From the NCBI GenBank assembly GCA_035402825.1, contig DAONDZ010000003.1:4965-68964 (forward strand): a DNA stretch of 64,000 nt. Direction: 5' to 3'. The notes beneath the pieces were generated by a model. The model worked only from the letters and a program-made list of their open reading frames with translations. It made no database searches and was not told the DNA's origin. The number at the start of each line of letters is the position of its first letter. Within the stretch, counting starts at the first letter, position 1. Source of the DNA: a bacterium. GTDB lineage: Bacteria; Patescibacteriota; Patescibacteriia; Patescibacteriales; UBA12465. This document shows, piece by piece, positions 8,887-17,764 of the stretch. The position numbers and the translations under genes are program-made.

Positions 8887-9762
8887 TTATAGTTCTTGAT
8901 GAAGTTTCTGTAAATATTTCTTTAAGTCAGCGCCAATTTCTTTATCCTTAAGCCCTAAGCGCAAAGTGGCTTTAATAAAATTAAATTTGCTGCCGGTATC
9001 CAACCATTCGCCTTCAATTTTCTGGCCATAAAGCTTTTCGCCTCTACTCAACATCAAGTCAAAGGCGTCGGCTAGACGTACCTCACCTGATTTCCCTTCT
9101 TTCATTTCAGCCAGCACTTTAAACACCTCCGGAGTGATGACATAAATACCGACGGCGGCTAAATTAGATGGGGCTTCAGCCGTCTTAGGTTTTTCTACGA
9201 ATCTTTTTATTTCATAGGTCCCATTTCCCAAATCAACTCCGTCAATTACCCCGAATTTGCTAACCTCACTCTCTTCCACGGCCGATAATCCCACTACCGG
9301 GCAACCGTATTTTTCAAAAGTATCAATTACTTGCTTGGCCGGAGAAATGGCCGCGTCATATAGAGTATCGCCAAACATCACCAAGACCGCTTCGTCCCCC
9401 ACTACATGATGGGCGCAATTAATAGCATGGCCATCTCCCAAAGGAATGGGCTGGCGGACATAGGAAAACTTAGCCAAAGAATCAATTTCCTGGATCTTCT
9501 TTACCAAATCCAATTTATTCTTCTCGACTAAAGTTTTTTCCAATTCAAAAGAATAGTCAAAATGATCTTCAATGGCCCGTTTGCCGCGGCCGGTGACAAA
9601 AACGATTTCCTTGATGCCGGCTTTCACCGCATCTTCCACTAAGTATTGAATGGCCGGCTTGTCCACTATCGGCAGCATTTCTTTGGGTTGAGCCTTGGTG
9701 GCCGGCAAGAACCGAGTGCCGAAACCGGCGACCGGCAAAATGGCTTTAGTGACTTTATTCAT
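8887..9762 (-). CDS. galU: UTP--glucose-1-phosphate uridylyltransferase
   Basis: AILPVAGFGTRFLPATKAQPKEMLPIVDKPAIQY and VEKP motifs. Confidence 0.92.
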   Translation of the reverse strand: MNKVTKAILPVAGFGTRFLPATKAQPKEMLPIVDKPAIQYLVEDAVKAGIKEIVFVTGRGKRAIEDHFDYSFELEKTLVEKNKLDLVKKIQEIDSLAKFSYVRQPIPLGDGHAINCAHHVVGDEAVLVMFGDTLYDAAISPAKQVIDTFEKYGCPVVGLSAVEESEVSKFGVIDGVDLGNGTYEIKRFVEKPKTAEAPSNLAAVGIYVITPEVFKVLAEMKEGKSGEVRLADAFDLMLSRGEKLYGQKIEGEWLDTGSKFNFIKATLRLGLKDKEIGADLKKYLQKLHQEL

Positions 9763-10576
9763 ATTTTTTAAAAAAATTATTAGTAACCTTCTTTTGAGGA
9801 TTAAAAGGCAACCACTTCCAAAAATACTTAAACCAAGACCGGATATGCTGGCGGACTAATTTGTCCCTAAACGGCCCGATATACCAAGGCCGGGTGGCGC
9901 TTTCGCGGGCATGGTCATGAATCACTACGGCGCTGGGAACATAGACCACTTGCTTGCCGGCTCGCCGAGCGCGGCGGCAGAGATCAATATCTTCAAAGTA
10001 CATAAAATATCGCTCATCAAAACCCTCAAAACCATCCCGGCGGATAATCAAGCAAGACCCCATCAACCAATCCACTGGCATAATCTGATCATGGGGTTGG
10101 CCGATCATCAAAAAACCATCGCGGCTGGACTTGAAATATTCTCCCAAAAAAGTCCGGCGCAAAATCGGAGTATAAAAACGAGGAAAGCGAGCACAGGAAT
10201 ATTGCAAGGAACCATCGGTATTTAATAGCTTAGGACCGGCAATTAAAACATCAGAGTGATTTTCCAAATAATTAAATAAAATCTTAATAGCGTCCGGCTT
10301 CACTCTGGTATCGGGATTCAAAATCAAAAGATATTTTCCCCGGCTGTTCTTAATCCCTAAATTATTGCCGCCACCCATCCCCCAATTCTTCTGGCTATAA
10401 ATAAGCTTTAAGTTAGGATATTTCACCGCCAAATCATCTAAATCATCTCCGGAGTTATTATCCACTAAAACTATCTCCCATTTCAAATCGGTCAGATCCG
10501 AAGCTAAAATGGCGTCCAAGCAACTAATGGTCTTGGCGCGGCTTAAATAATTAACGATGATAATTGATAAATCCAT
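9755..10576 (-). CDS. Family 2 glycosyltransferase
   Basis: The N-terminal LSIIIVNY...VDNNSGD and NPD motifs of the GT-A fold. It overlaps the galU start by 8 nt. Confidence 0.85.
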   Translation of the reverse strand: MDLSIIIVNYLSRAKTISCLDAILASDLTDLKWEIVLVDNNSGDDLDDLAVKYPNLKLIYSQKNWGMGGGNNLGIKNSRGKYLLILNPDTRVKPDAIKILFNYLENHSDVLIAGPKLLNTDGSLQYSCARFPRFYTPILRRTFLGEYFKSSRDGFLMIGQPHDQIMPVDWLMGSCLIIRRDGFEGFDERYFMYFEDIDLCRRARRAGKQVVYVPSAVVIHDHARESATRPWYIGPFRDKLVRQHIRSWFKYFWKWLPFNPQKKVTNNFFKKYE

Positions 10577-10577
10577 A

Positions 10578-11642
10578 TTAGATGTTAAGCAAAATGATTA
10601 GACGCTTAATACAGAACCAATAGATAGACAAAAAGACATTGGCCAGACGCAACAAAGGACTATCTACTTCCTGATACCAAATGCGGCCGGAAATCATTTT
10701 CACTATTTCTTTTTCCTTCAGCGTCCGCTTCTTTTGAATAGAATTTCTAGCTTTAATGATATAAACCCAATGAAAGGGATTTAGGAAATATCCCCAAACT
10801 GCCAGCTTCTTTTTAAACCAACCGGATTTTAGAGCGAAGAAAGCTAGCCCTAATTCCATAACTATTCCCGCTGGGATGATTAACAACAAAGTCAGCCAAT
10901 GATAGTTTTTTAAAATCGCCAAGATGCGGTTGCGATCCATGTAATAGTACTTAGAAATGGAGCGACTGAACTCATAGCGGTGATAAACCAAGGCTGTCGG
11001 AGCCAGAACAATTTTGTAGCCGGAGAGCCAAAGCCGCCAACCCAAATCCTGATCTTCATTATACATCCAAAATCGCTCATCAAACAGTCCGACCTTGTTC
11101 AAAGCCTCCGCTCTAAATAATACCGCGGCGCCGGAAGGATAGAAAATATTTTTGACGCTTAAATCCTGATATTTAGCGGCTAAATCACGATAGCCCAAGC
11201 AATAGCCAAAACCCAGAAAATGAGTGGCGTTTCCTAAACTATTAATTTTATCAGTTTCCGGATGGAGCAATAGTTTGGCCTGAACCGCTCCTCGGCTATT
11301 ATCTTCCTCCAACACCTTTACCAACTCGCTGATGGCGTTAAGTTCAATGATGGTATCCATGTTTAAAAGAAAAATATAATCATAGCCCCAAGCCAAGGCC
11401 AATTTTATGGCATCGTTGTTTCCCTTAGCAAAACCGTCATTGTGTTCATTCTTGATAATCTCCGCCTGGGGAGCATTGTTTTGCAAATATTCAAAACTCT
11501 CCGAAGTTGAAGCGTTGTCCACTATCATAATCTTCAGCTCGCCGCGATAATCTTGATGCAACAAGCCGCGATAGCAATCCTGAAGATATTTTTTGGCGTA
11601 TTCTTGGTAGTTAACCAGAATAACGGCTATTTTTTTCTCCAT
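10578..11642 (-). CDS. Family 2 glycosyltransferase with C-terminal TM helices
   Basis: KIAVILVNY...VDNAS and a DxD-like NEDQD. The start was moved to the ATG at 11642 (MEKKIAV), because the longer ORF to 11702 would overlap the upstream gene by 76 nt. Confidence 0.8.
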   Translation of the reverse strand: MEKKIAVILVNYQEYAKKYLQDCYRGLLHQDYRGELKIMIVDNASTSESFEYLQNNAPQAEIIKNEHNDGFAKGNNDAIKLALAWGYDYIFLLNMDTIIELNAISELVKVLEEDNSRGAVQAKLLLHPETDKINSLGNATHFLGFGYCLGYRDLAAKYQDLSVKNIFYPSGAAVLFRAEALNKVGLFDERFWMYNEDQDLGWRLWLSGYKIVLAPTALVYHRYEFSRSISKYYYMDRNRILAILKNYHWLTLLLIIPAGIVMELGLAFFALKSGWFKKKLAVWGYFLNPFHWVYIIKARNSIQKKRTLKEKEIVKMISGRIWYQEVDSPLLRLANVFLSIYWFCIKRLIILLNI

Positions 11643-12478
11643 ATCAGACAAATTAAACCGCTCAGTGCCCAAGCGGCTCGCAGAATTAAAACTTCTCCCC
11701 AATTATGCCATTTAGCAAAATAACGCAATTGAGACCGCCGAAAATATTGTTGTTTCCGAACCGTCTTCACCTGGCTAAAACTTTGACCGACATAGTCCAA
11801 AGCTTTGCCTTGGGGCGTATACCAAACCTCGCCGCCTTTTTGATATACTTGGCGGCAAAAATCCACTTCTTCAAACCAAATGAAATAACGCTCATCTAAT
11901 AACGGCAAATTAGAACCGCTAATCTTTTGCCAGGTCTGGCGATTGATAAAGAAAAAAGAACCGCGGACCGAATCAACTTTTTGCGCCCGGCTGTAATCAA
12001 ATTTAGCCAGCAAATATTTATTGGTAATCTTCGGAAAAAGATGCGGTAGCTTTAAAACTATCGCCAGCTGATCGCGCCATTTAGGAAAACGACGGACATG
12101 CGGAATATTTTCTCCCACGATATCAATTAAGCGGCCGCTAAATACTACCGCTTGTTGATTCTCCTTTCCCCAGCTCAGCATATTAATCAAAGTCTCGGGG
12201 AAAAGTTGCATGTCAGGGTTGAGTAATAAAATATAATTTCCTTGAGCAATTTTAATAGCCTGATTGTTGGCCTTGGAAAACCCAAAGTTTTCTGAATTAG
12301 CAATTAATCGCACCTGAGGAAACTCATTTTGAACCATCGCCGCCGATCCGTCCTGAGAGTCATTATCCACCACTATAACCTCAAAAGAAAAATCACCCTG
12401 AGAATTATATAAAGCCGCCAAGTTTTGTCTTAGTTTTTCTTTGACATTATAGGAAACGATGATAATGGATAAATCCAT
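11627..12478 (-). CDS. Family 2 glycosyltransferase
   Basis: MDLSIIIVSYN...VVDNDSQDGS and LLNPD motifs. Confidence 0.85.
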   Translation of the reverse strand: MDLSIIIVSYNVKEKLRQNLAALYNSQGDFSFEVIVVDNDSQDGSAAMVQNEFPQVRLIANSENFGFSKANNQAIKIAQGNYILLLNPDMQLFPETLINMLSWGKENQQAVVFSGRLIDIVGENIPHVRRFPKWRDQLAIVLKLPHLFPKITNKYLLAKFDYSRAQKVDSVRGSFFFINRQTWQKISGSNLPLLDERYFIWFEEVDFCRQVYQKGGEVWYTPQGKALDYVGQSFSQVKTVRKQQYFRRSQLRYFAKWHNWGEVLILRAAWALSGLICLIWRKK

Positions 12479-12482
12479 AATA

Positions 12483-12755
12483 TTACAAACTAATTTTTAC
12501 CAGCTTAATCCTCTCTCCGGCGCCGCTTAATATCTTGATGTTTCCTTTCTCCACCGCTAGGCTGGCGGCCAGAAACTTAATCAACGCCTGATTAGCCTTG
12601 CCGCCCTCCGGAGGAGCGGCAACATCCACCTTGAGAGTACCGTCCGCCAAAGGTTCTTTGAATTGGCTGGTTTTAGCTCCGGGGTGCACTTTCACTCGGA
12701 GATAAAGACTCTTTTTTTGGCTTAATTCTTGTTGCAACGAGGCGAGAAAATCCAT
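12483..12755 (-). CDS. DUF167/YggU-family protein
   Basis: VKVHPGAKTSQF...LKVDVAAPPEGGKANQALIKFLA is typical of UPF0235. Confidence 0.8.
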   Translation of the reverse strand: MDFLASLQQELSQKKSLYLRVKVHPGAKTSQFKEPLADGTLKVDVAAPPEGGKANQALIKFLAASLAVEKGNIKILSGAGERIKLVKISL

Positions 12756-12888
12756 AAAGTTAATTGATTATATTCTAGCCCGAAATGCCTCAAAAATCAA
12801 CCGGTTTCATCATTTAAAATCATCCTTGTCAATATTTATTATATCGGCAAAATGTACTACAATAGACATAGAAAATTAAACTAAAAAT

Positions 12889-13386
12889 ATGGAACAAACC
12901 AACGGTTATCATCGCCCCACTTGGGACGAATATTTTTTGAATATTATTGACATGGTCGGTTCTCGCGGTTCCTGTGATAGAGGCCGCGCCGGTTGCGTCA
13001 TCACTCGAGAAAAAAGAATTATCTCCACCGGCTATGTCGGCTCACCTTCCGGGCTGCCGCATTGCGATGAAGTCGGTCATGAGATGCACACGGTTATCCA
13101 TGAAGACGGTACTCAGTCTCGCCATTGCATCCGCACCACCCATGCCGAACAAAATGCCATTTGCCAGGCCGCTCGTTTTGGCGTTTCCCTGGAAGGCGGC
13201 TCGCTCTATTGCAAAATGACTCCTTGCTATACCTGCGCCAAGATGATTATCAACGCCGGTATCAAAAAAGTGGTTTGCGCCAAGGACTATCATGCCGGCG
13301 CCAGAAGCAAAGAGATATTTAAAGAAGCCGGAGTGGAATTTGTTTTGATGAATGACGAGATGACCACCTACGAAGACCAAAAATAA
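12889..13386 (+). CDS. comEB: dCMP deaminase (ComEB-type)
   Basis: Zinc motifs HAEQNAI and PCYTCAKMIINAGIKKVV; 165 aa. Confidence 0.9.
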   Translation: MEQTNGYHRPTWDEYFLNIIDMVGSRGSCDRGRAGCVITREKRIISTGYVGSPSGLPHCDEVGHEMHTVIHEDGTQSRHCIRTTHAEQNAICQAARFGVSLEGGSLYCKMTPCYTCAKMIINAGIKKVVCAKDYHAGARSKEIFKEAGVEFVLMNDEMTTYEDQK

Positions 13387-13407
13387 TTAATTAATAGTTT
13401 CAATACT

Positions 13408-14697
13408 ATGGCCAACATTTTTATCTACGATGAATTTAGTCCTGAAGACACCGCGATGATGCAAGCCCTCTATTCCCGCAGCCCCAAAAGCGTCACCGAA
13501 CATGTAGAGAAAGTGAAAACTAGCGGCAGCGGCAAATTCATGGAAACTTTCTATGTCGGCTATGGCCACTCCAGTATCGCCGATTGCGGCTCCACGACTA
13601 TCTTCATTGAAGGACTAAGTATTTTGGCCGACAAAGCTATTCAAGATTGGCAAATGTATTCCGGCCAAGAAACCAGCACCCGCTATGTAGATATGAGCCA
13701 ACAGCCGATAGTCGATCCGCTTAATACCCCGGAATCGCAAGCAATCATCAAACGCTGGATGGATTTCTATATCAGCTCTCAATTGCCGGTACAAAACTAT
13801 TTAAAGATTAAATACCCCCGGAAAACTGACGAAGATGAGGCGGTTTATGAAAAAGCGATTAAGGCCAGAACTTTTGATATCACCCGCGGTTTTTTGCCGG
13901 CCGGTATCACTACTCAGCTCAGCTGGCACACCAATTTGCGCCAGGCCAATGACAAACTCTCACTAATGCGCCATCACTCTCTTCACGAAATGAAAGAGCT
14001 GGCGGAAAACATCATCCAACAACTACAGGGCAAATATGCGCATAGCTTCAGTCATAAATTATATGACGAACAAGAAGAATATCGCCGCGCTATCATGGCC
14101 GACTATAATTTTTTCGCGCCGACCGAAGCTTTTGACTTTAAATTAAGCACCACGATTAAGAACGAAGATCTTACTCCCTATCAATCAGCCATAGACAACC
14201 GGCCGATTAAAACCAACCTGCCGCTTTGTTTAGAAGAACTAGGATTAATTACCTTTGATTTTCTTTTGGACTACGGTTCTTTCCGCGATATCCAACGCCA
14301 CCGCCATGGATTCTGCCGTATGCCGCTTTTAGACACCAAACATGGCTTTAATGCCTGGTATTTAAATGAATTACCAGAAGATATTCAAACCCAAGCCCAG
14401 GCCTTAATTGCTGAACAAATTGTGGCTCTGGAGAAATTAGACGCTTCCCCGGAAATCAAGCAATATTACACCGCTATGGGATTTAACGTCCCCTGCCGTG
14501 TCAGTTATGGCTTGCCAGCCGCCGTCTATGTCGTGGAACTACGCAGCGGCCGCCTGGTTCATCCGACCTTGAGAAAAATTGCTCATCAAATGCGCGCCGC
14601 TTTATTAGAAAAACTACCAGGCTTAAAACTGCATTGCGATTTAGACCCGGATGATTGGGATGTCCGCCGCGGCCTGCAAGATATTGTTAAAAAATAA
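13408..14697 (+). CDS. thyX: Long, tandem-domain ThyX-like flavin-dependent thymidylate synthase
   Basis: Two ThyX-like halves. The first has GHSSIADCG...SGQETSTRYV but DWQ where RHR is expected. The second has FRDIQRHRH and a VELRSGRLVHPTLRKIA helix. Confidence 0.7.
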   Translation: MANIFIYDEFSPEDTAMMQALYSRSPKSVTEHVEKVKTSGSGKFMETFYVGYGHSSIADCGSTTIFIEGLSILADKAIQDWQMYSGQETSTRYVDMSQQPIVDPLNTPESQAIIKRWMDFYISSQLPVQNYLKIKYPRKTDEDEAVYEKAIKARTFDITRGFLPAGITTQLSWHTNLRQANDKLSLMRHHSLHEMKELAENIIQQLQGKYAHSFSHKLYDEQEEYRRAIMADYNFFAPTEAFDFKLSTTIKNEDLTPYQSAIDNRPIKTNLPLCLEELGLITFDFLLDYGSFRDIQRHRHGFCRMPLLDTKHGFNAWYLNELPEDIQTQAQALIAEQIVALEKLDASPEIKQYYTAMGFNVPCRVSYGLPAAVYVVELRSGRLVHPTLRKIAHQMRAALLEKLPGLKLHCDLDPDDWDVRRGLQDIVKK

Positions 14698-14710
14698 TTA
14701 CTATAAAACT

Positions 14711-15280
14711 ATGGCAAAAATCATTATCGGCCTGACCGGTCGGATTGCGTGCGGCAAAGGAGTAATCAAGAAACATTTGATAACCAAGTATCATGCCAAA
14801 GACTATCGTTTCTCCACTATTTTGCGCGACATCCTAGACCGTCTCCATATTAAGAAAAGCCGTGAGAATCTTCAGGAAATATCAACTCTAATTCGCAAAA
14901 ATTTTGGAGAAAATACTTTAGCTAATGCTATGGCCGGCGATGTATTGCAAGACTCGGCTGAATTCATAGTGATAGACGGCATTAGACGCATGGCCGATAT
15001 TCAGAACTTGCGCCAGATGAATGGCTTCAAGCTAATCCGAGTAGTCGCCAACGAACAAATCCGCTATGAACGCGTGGTTAAAAGAAACGAAAATCCCGGC
15101 GATGCGGAAAAAACTTTAGCGGAGTTCCAGGCTGAAGAACAAGCAGAAACCGAAATGACTATTCCCGAAGTAATGGAACACGCCGATTTTGAAATAGTTA
15201 ACGAAGGAACCTTTGACGATTTGGAAGAAAGGATTGATGATATCGTCAATTTAATAAAAGGACAATTTAACATGAATTAA
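14711..15280 (+). CDS. P-loop nucleoside/nucleotide kinase (CoaE/dNMP-kinase-like)
   Basis: Walker A in IIIGLTGRIACGKG. The start was set at the ATG at 14711, just after the thyX stop. Confidence 0.65.
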   Translation: MAKIIIGLTGRIACGKGVIKKHLITKYHAKDYRFSTILRDILDRLHIKKSRENLQEISTLIRKNFGENTLANAMAGDVLQDSAEFIVIDGIRRMADIQNLRQMNGFKLIRVVANEQIRYERVVKRNENPGDAEKTLAEFQAEEQAETEMTIPEVMEHADFEIVNEGTFDDLEERIDDIVNLIKGQFNMN

Positions 15281-15284
15281 TCAT

Positions 15285-15614
15285 ATGACTTTTGCCGAAT
15301 ATCAAGCTGAATCTCAAAAGACCGCTATCTATCCTGATAGAGGCAACAATTTAGCCTATACTGTTTTAGGTCTCAATGGCGAAGCCGGTGAAGTAGCCGA
15401 CAAGCTTAAAAAAATTATCCGCGACCAAAACTACGAAATTAATGAAACCAACCGCCAAGCAATTGCCGAAGAATTAGGCGACGTTCTCTGGTATATTGCT
15501 CAAGCCGCTACGGAGTTAAAAATAGACTTTGAGGCTATTGCCCAAAATAATTTAACCAAACTTTTCTCCCGCCAAGACAGAAACAAATTAAACGGCAGCG
15601 GAGATAATCGATAA
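15285..15614 (+). CDS. MazG-like nucleoside triphosphate pyrophosphohydrolase
   Basis: LGLNGEAGEVADKLKK and EELGDVLWYIAQ (EExxE/D metal motifs); 109 aa. Confidence 0.85.
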   Translation: MTFAEYQAESQKTAIYPDRGNNLAYTVLGLNGEAGEVADKLKKIIRDQNYEINETNRQAIAEELGDVLWYIAQAATELKIDFEAIAQNNLTKLFSRQDRNKLNGSGDNR

Positions 15615-15618
15615 TTAT

Positions 15619-16206
15619 ATGGCCAGAGGCAAATTTATCGTTCTCTACGGTATTAACAATCTAGGCAAAACTACTCAAGCTAAAAAATTAAATGAGAAAC
15701 TTAACCAATCCGGCCAGACCTGCGAACACATCAAGTATCCGATGTATGCTCTAGAACCGACCGGACCGATTATTAACGAATACCTGCGTCAAGACAATCC
15801 TTATGGCTTAAGCGCCCGGGAAGCACAAATTTTCTATACCTTTAATCGCTTCCACTATCAACCGGAATTACAAAAAAAATTAGACTCCGGCATTAATATC
15901 ATCGCTGAAGATTATATCGGTACCGGCATTGCCTGGGGTATGGCCAAGGGCGTGGATAAAGCCTTTTTACAAAGGATCAATCAAGAATTGCTTATTCCCG
16001 ATTTAGCGATATTAATGGATGGTGAGAGATTTGTAAGCGGTATAGAGAAATATCACGGTCACGAGAATGATAACGACCTCACTAACCGCGCCCGGGAAGC
16101 TCATCTGGAATTAAAGGAAGACTACCATTGGCCGCTCATTAACGCCAACCAAGAGATAGAGCAAGTAGAATCCGACATCTGGAAATTAGTTTCCCCTTTA
16201 TTCTAA
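15619..16206 (+). CDS. tmk: Thymidylate kinase family protein
   Basis: A P-loop (KFIVLYGINNLGKTTQAKKL) and Tmk-like length and layout. The DRY-region is divergent (EDYIGT). Confidence 0.7.
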   Translation: MARGKFIVLYGINNLGKTTQAKKLNEKLNQSGQTCEHIKYPMYALEPTGPIINEYLRQDNPYGLSAREAQIFYTFNRFHYQPELQKKLDSGINIIAEDYIGTGIAWGMAKGVDKAFLQRINQELLIPDLAILMDGERFVSGIEKYHGHENDNDLTNRAREAHLELKEDYHWPLINANQEIEQVESDIWKLVSPLF

Positions 16207-16220
16207 CCCCAACAAAGCCA

Positions 16221-16248
16221 AAAAGAGGCAGTGAAATGCCTCTTTTTT
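16221..16248 (+). terminator. Rho-independent terminator closing the dTTP operon
   Basis: An aagaggca gtgaaa tgcctctt hairpin followed by a T-run. Confidence 0.7.
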
Positions 16249-16287
16249 GATTGCTTTCCCCCCTTTTTTTTGCTAAACTAAACATAT

Positions 16288-17763
16288 ATGAAATATGAAG
16301 TAATTATCGGTTTAGAAATCCATACCGAGCTCAAAACCAACAGCAAAATGTTTTGTTCCTGCCCGAATTTCAACTCTCAGGATAAAGCCAATGCCAATGT
16401 CTGCCCAATTTGCTTGGGCCACCCCGGCACTTTGCCAGTGGTGAATAAAGAAGCTATTAACATGGCCATTATTTTAGGTTTGGCCTTAAACGGAGAAATC
16501 AACCGGGTTTCCAAGTTTGACCGCAAAAATTATTTCTATCCCGACCTACCCAAAGGCTATCAAATCTCTCAATATGACTTGCCGATAGTAGAAAATGCCA
16601 GTTTAGATATAGACGACGAGAGTGTTCATATCGTCCGCCTCCACTTAGAAGAAGACACCGCCAAATTAACCCATCCCACCGGTGAAAATTACAGCTTAGC
16701 CGATTTTAATCGAGCCGGTACGCCGCTCATTGAATTGGTCACCGCCCCGGTTATCAAAAACGCCTTAGGCGCCAAAAAGTTCTGCCAAAAATTCCAGCAA
16801 ATTTTGCGCTATTTAGAAATTAGTGATGCGGACATGGAAAAAGGCCAGATGCGCTGCGAAGCTAACATCAGCTTGCAAACCCCGGGTTCTTTCACTATCA
16901 AACAGAATCAAGTTTTAGCTAAAGATAATCAGACTTTAAATGCCAAAGTGGAGGTAAAAAATATTAATTCTTTTAAGTCAGTAGAAAAGGCTATTAACTA
17001 CGAAATTGAGCGCCAGACCAAGCTATTGGATCAAGGGGAAATGATTATCCCTGAAACCAGAGGCTGGAGCGATAGTCAAAATATCACCGTTAGCCAAAGA
17101 ATTAAAGAAAGCGCCGCTGACTACCGCTACTTCCCTGAACCTGATATTCCTCCTTTGAAAATTCCGGAAGAAATGATTGATGACCTCAGATCCAGAATAG
17201 TGGAATTGCCCGATGCCAAAATCAAACGTTTTGAAAGTGAATACCAAATCAGCCGGGACAGCGCTGAGGTCTTGGCTTTGGATAAATATTTGGCTGGGTG
17301 GTATGAACAGGTGATAGCCGAGTTAAAAGACAAGAATTCAGCCGCTCAAATTGCCGCCCATTGGATAAACAACGAATTATTTAAACTATACCCCCTAAAT
17401 CGCTTTCAAGAATCGGCGACCCAGGGCCGCATCACCCCTACTAACTTCGCTCTATTAATCAATCTTTTGGCTGAGAAAAAAATCAGCTCAGCTGGAGGCC
17501 AAAAAATATTAAATCACTTGAACCAGCACGGCGGTCAGCCCCTGGAAATAATGAAAGAATTGGAATTAGAGCAAGTAATGGATAATGCCGGATTGGAAGA
17601 AAAAATAATAGAAATAATCAACAGCTTCCCGGAACAAATGGCGGCCTATAAAAATGGCAAAGTCGCTTTGCTGCAATTCTTCATCGGCAAAGTCATGGCC
17701 GGCACTAAGGGCCGGGCTAACCCGCAGGAATTAGAAAAGATAATAAAGGAAATATTAAAATAA
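16288..17763 (+). CDS. gatB: Asp/Glu-tRNA amidotransferase subunit B
   Basis: YEVIIGLEIHTELKTNSKMFCSC, GHPGTLPVVNK and RVEVKNINSF-type motifs; 491 aa. Confidence 0.93.
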   Translation: MKYEVIIGLEIHTELKTNSKMFCSCPNFNSQDKANANVCPICLGHPGTLPVVNKEAINMAIILGLALNGEINRVSKFDRKNYFYPDLPKGYQISQYDLPIVENASLDIDDESVHIVRLHLEEDTAKLTHPTGENYSLADFNRAGTPLIELVTAPVIKNALGAKKFCQKFQQILRYLEISDADMEKGQMRCEANISLQTPGSFTIKQNQVLAKDNQTLNAKVEVKNINSFKSVEKAINYEIERQTKLLDQGEMIIPETRGWSDSQNITVSQRIKESAADYRYFPEPDIPPLKIPEEMIDDLRSRIVELPDAKIKRFESEYQISRDSAEVLALDKYLAGWYEQVIAELKDKNSAAQIAAHWINNELFKLYPLNRFQESATQGRITPTNFALLINLLAEKKISSAGGQKILNHLNQHGGQPLEIMKELELEQVMDNAGLEEKIIEIINSFPEQMAAYKNGKVALLQFFIGKVMAGTKGRANPQELEKIIKEILK

Positions 17764-17764
17764 T

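Noticed and set aside
11643-11702. Longer N-terminal extension of the middle GT2 gene (ORF track start at 11702).
   Set aside because: The extension would overlap the upstream GT2 gene by 76 nt and adds non-conserved residues. The GT2 fold begins right after the internal ATG at 11642 (MEKKIAVILVNY).
12756-12888. Possible operator or NrdR-like palindrome upstream of the dTTP operon (ATGT…ACAT around 12861-12880).
   Set aside because: Only 4 bp of symmetry is present and there is no match to a known box. It cannot be distinguished from chance in AT-rich DNA.
14651-14710. Upstream extension of the kinase-like ORF into thyX.
   Set aside because: The extension overlaps the thyX C-terminus. The P-loop begins 5 residues after the ATG at 14711, which follows the thyX stop.
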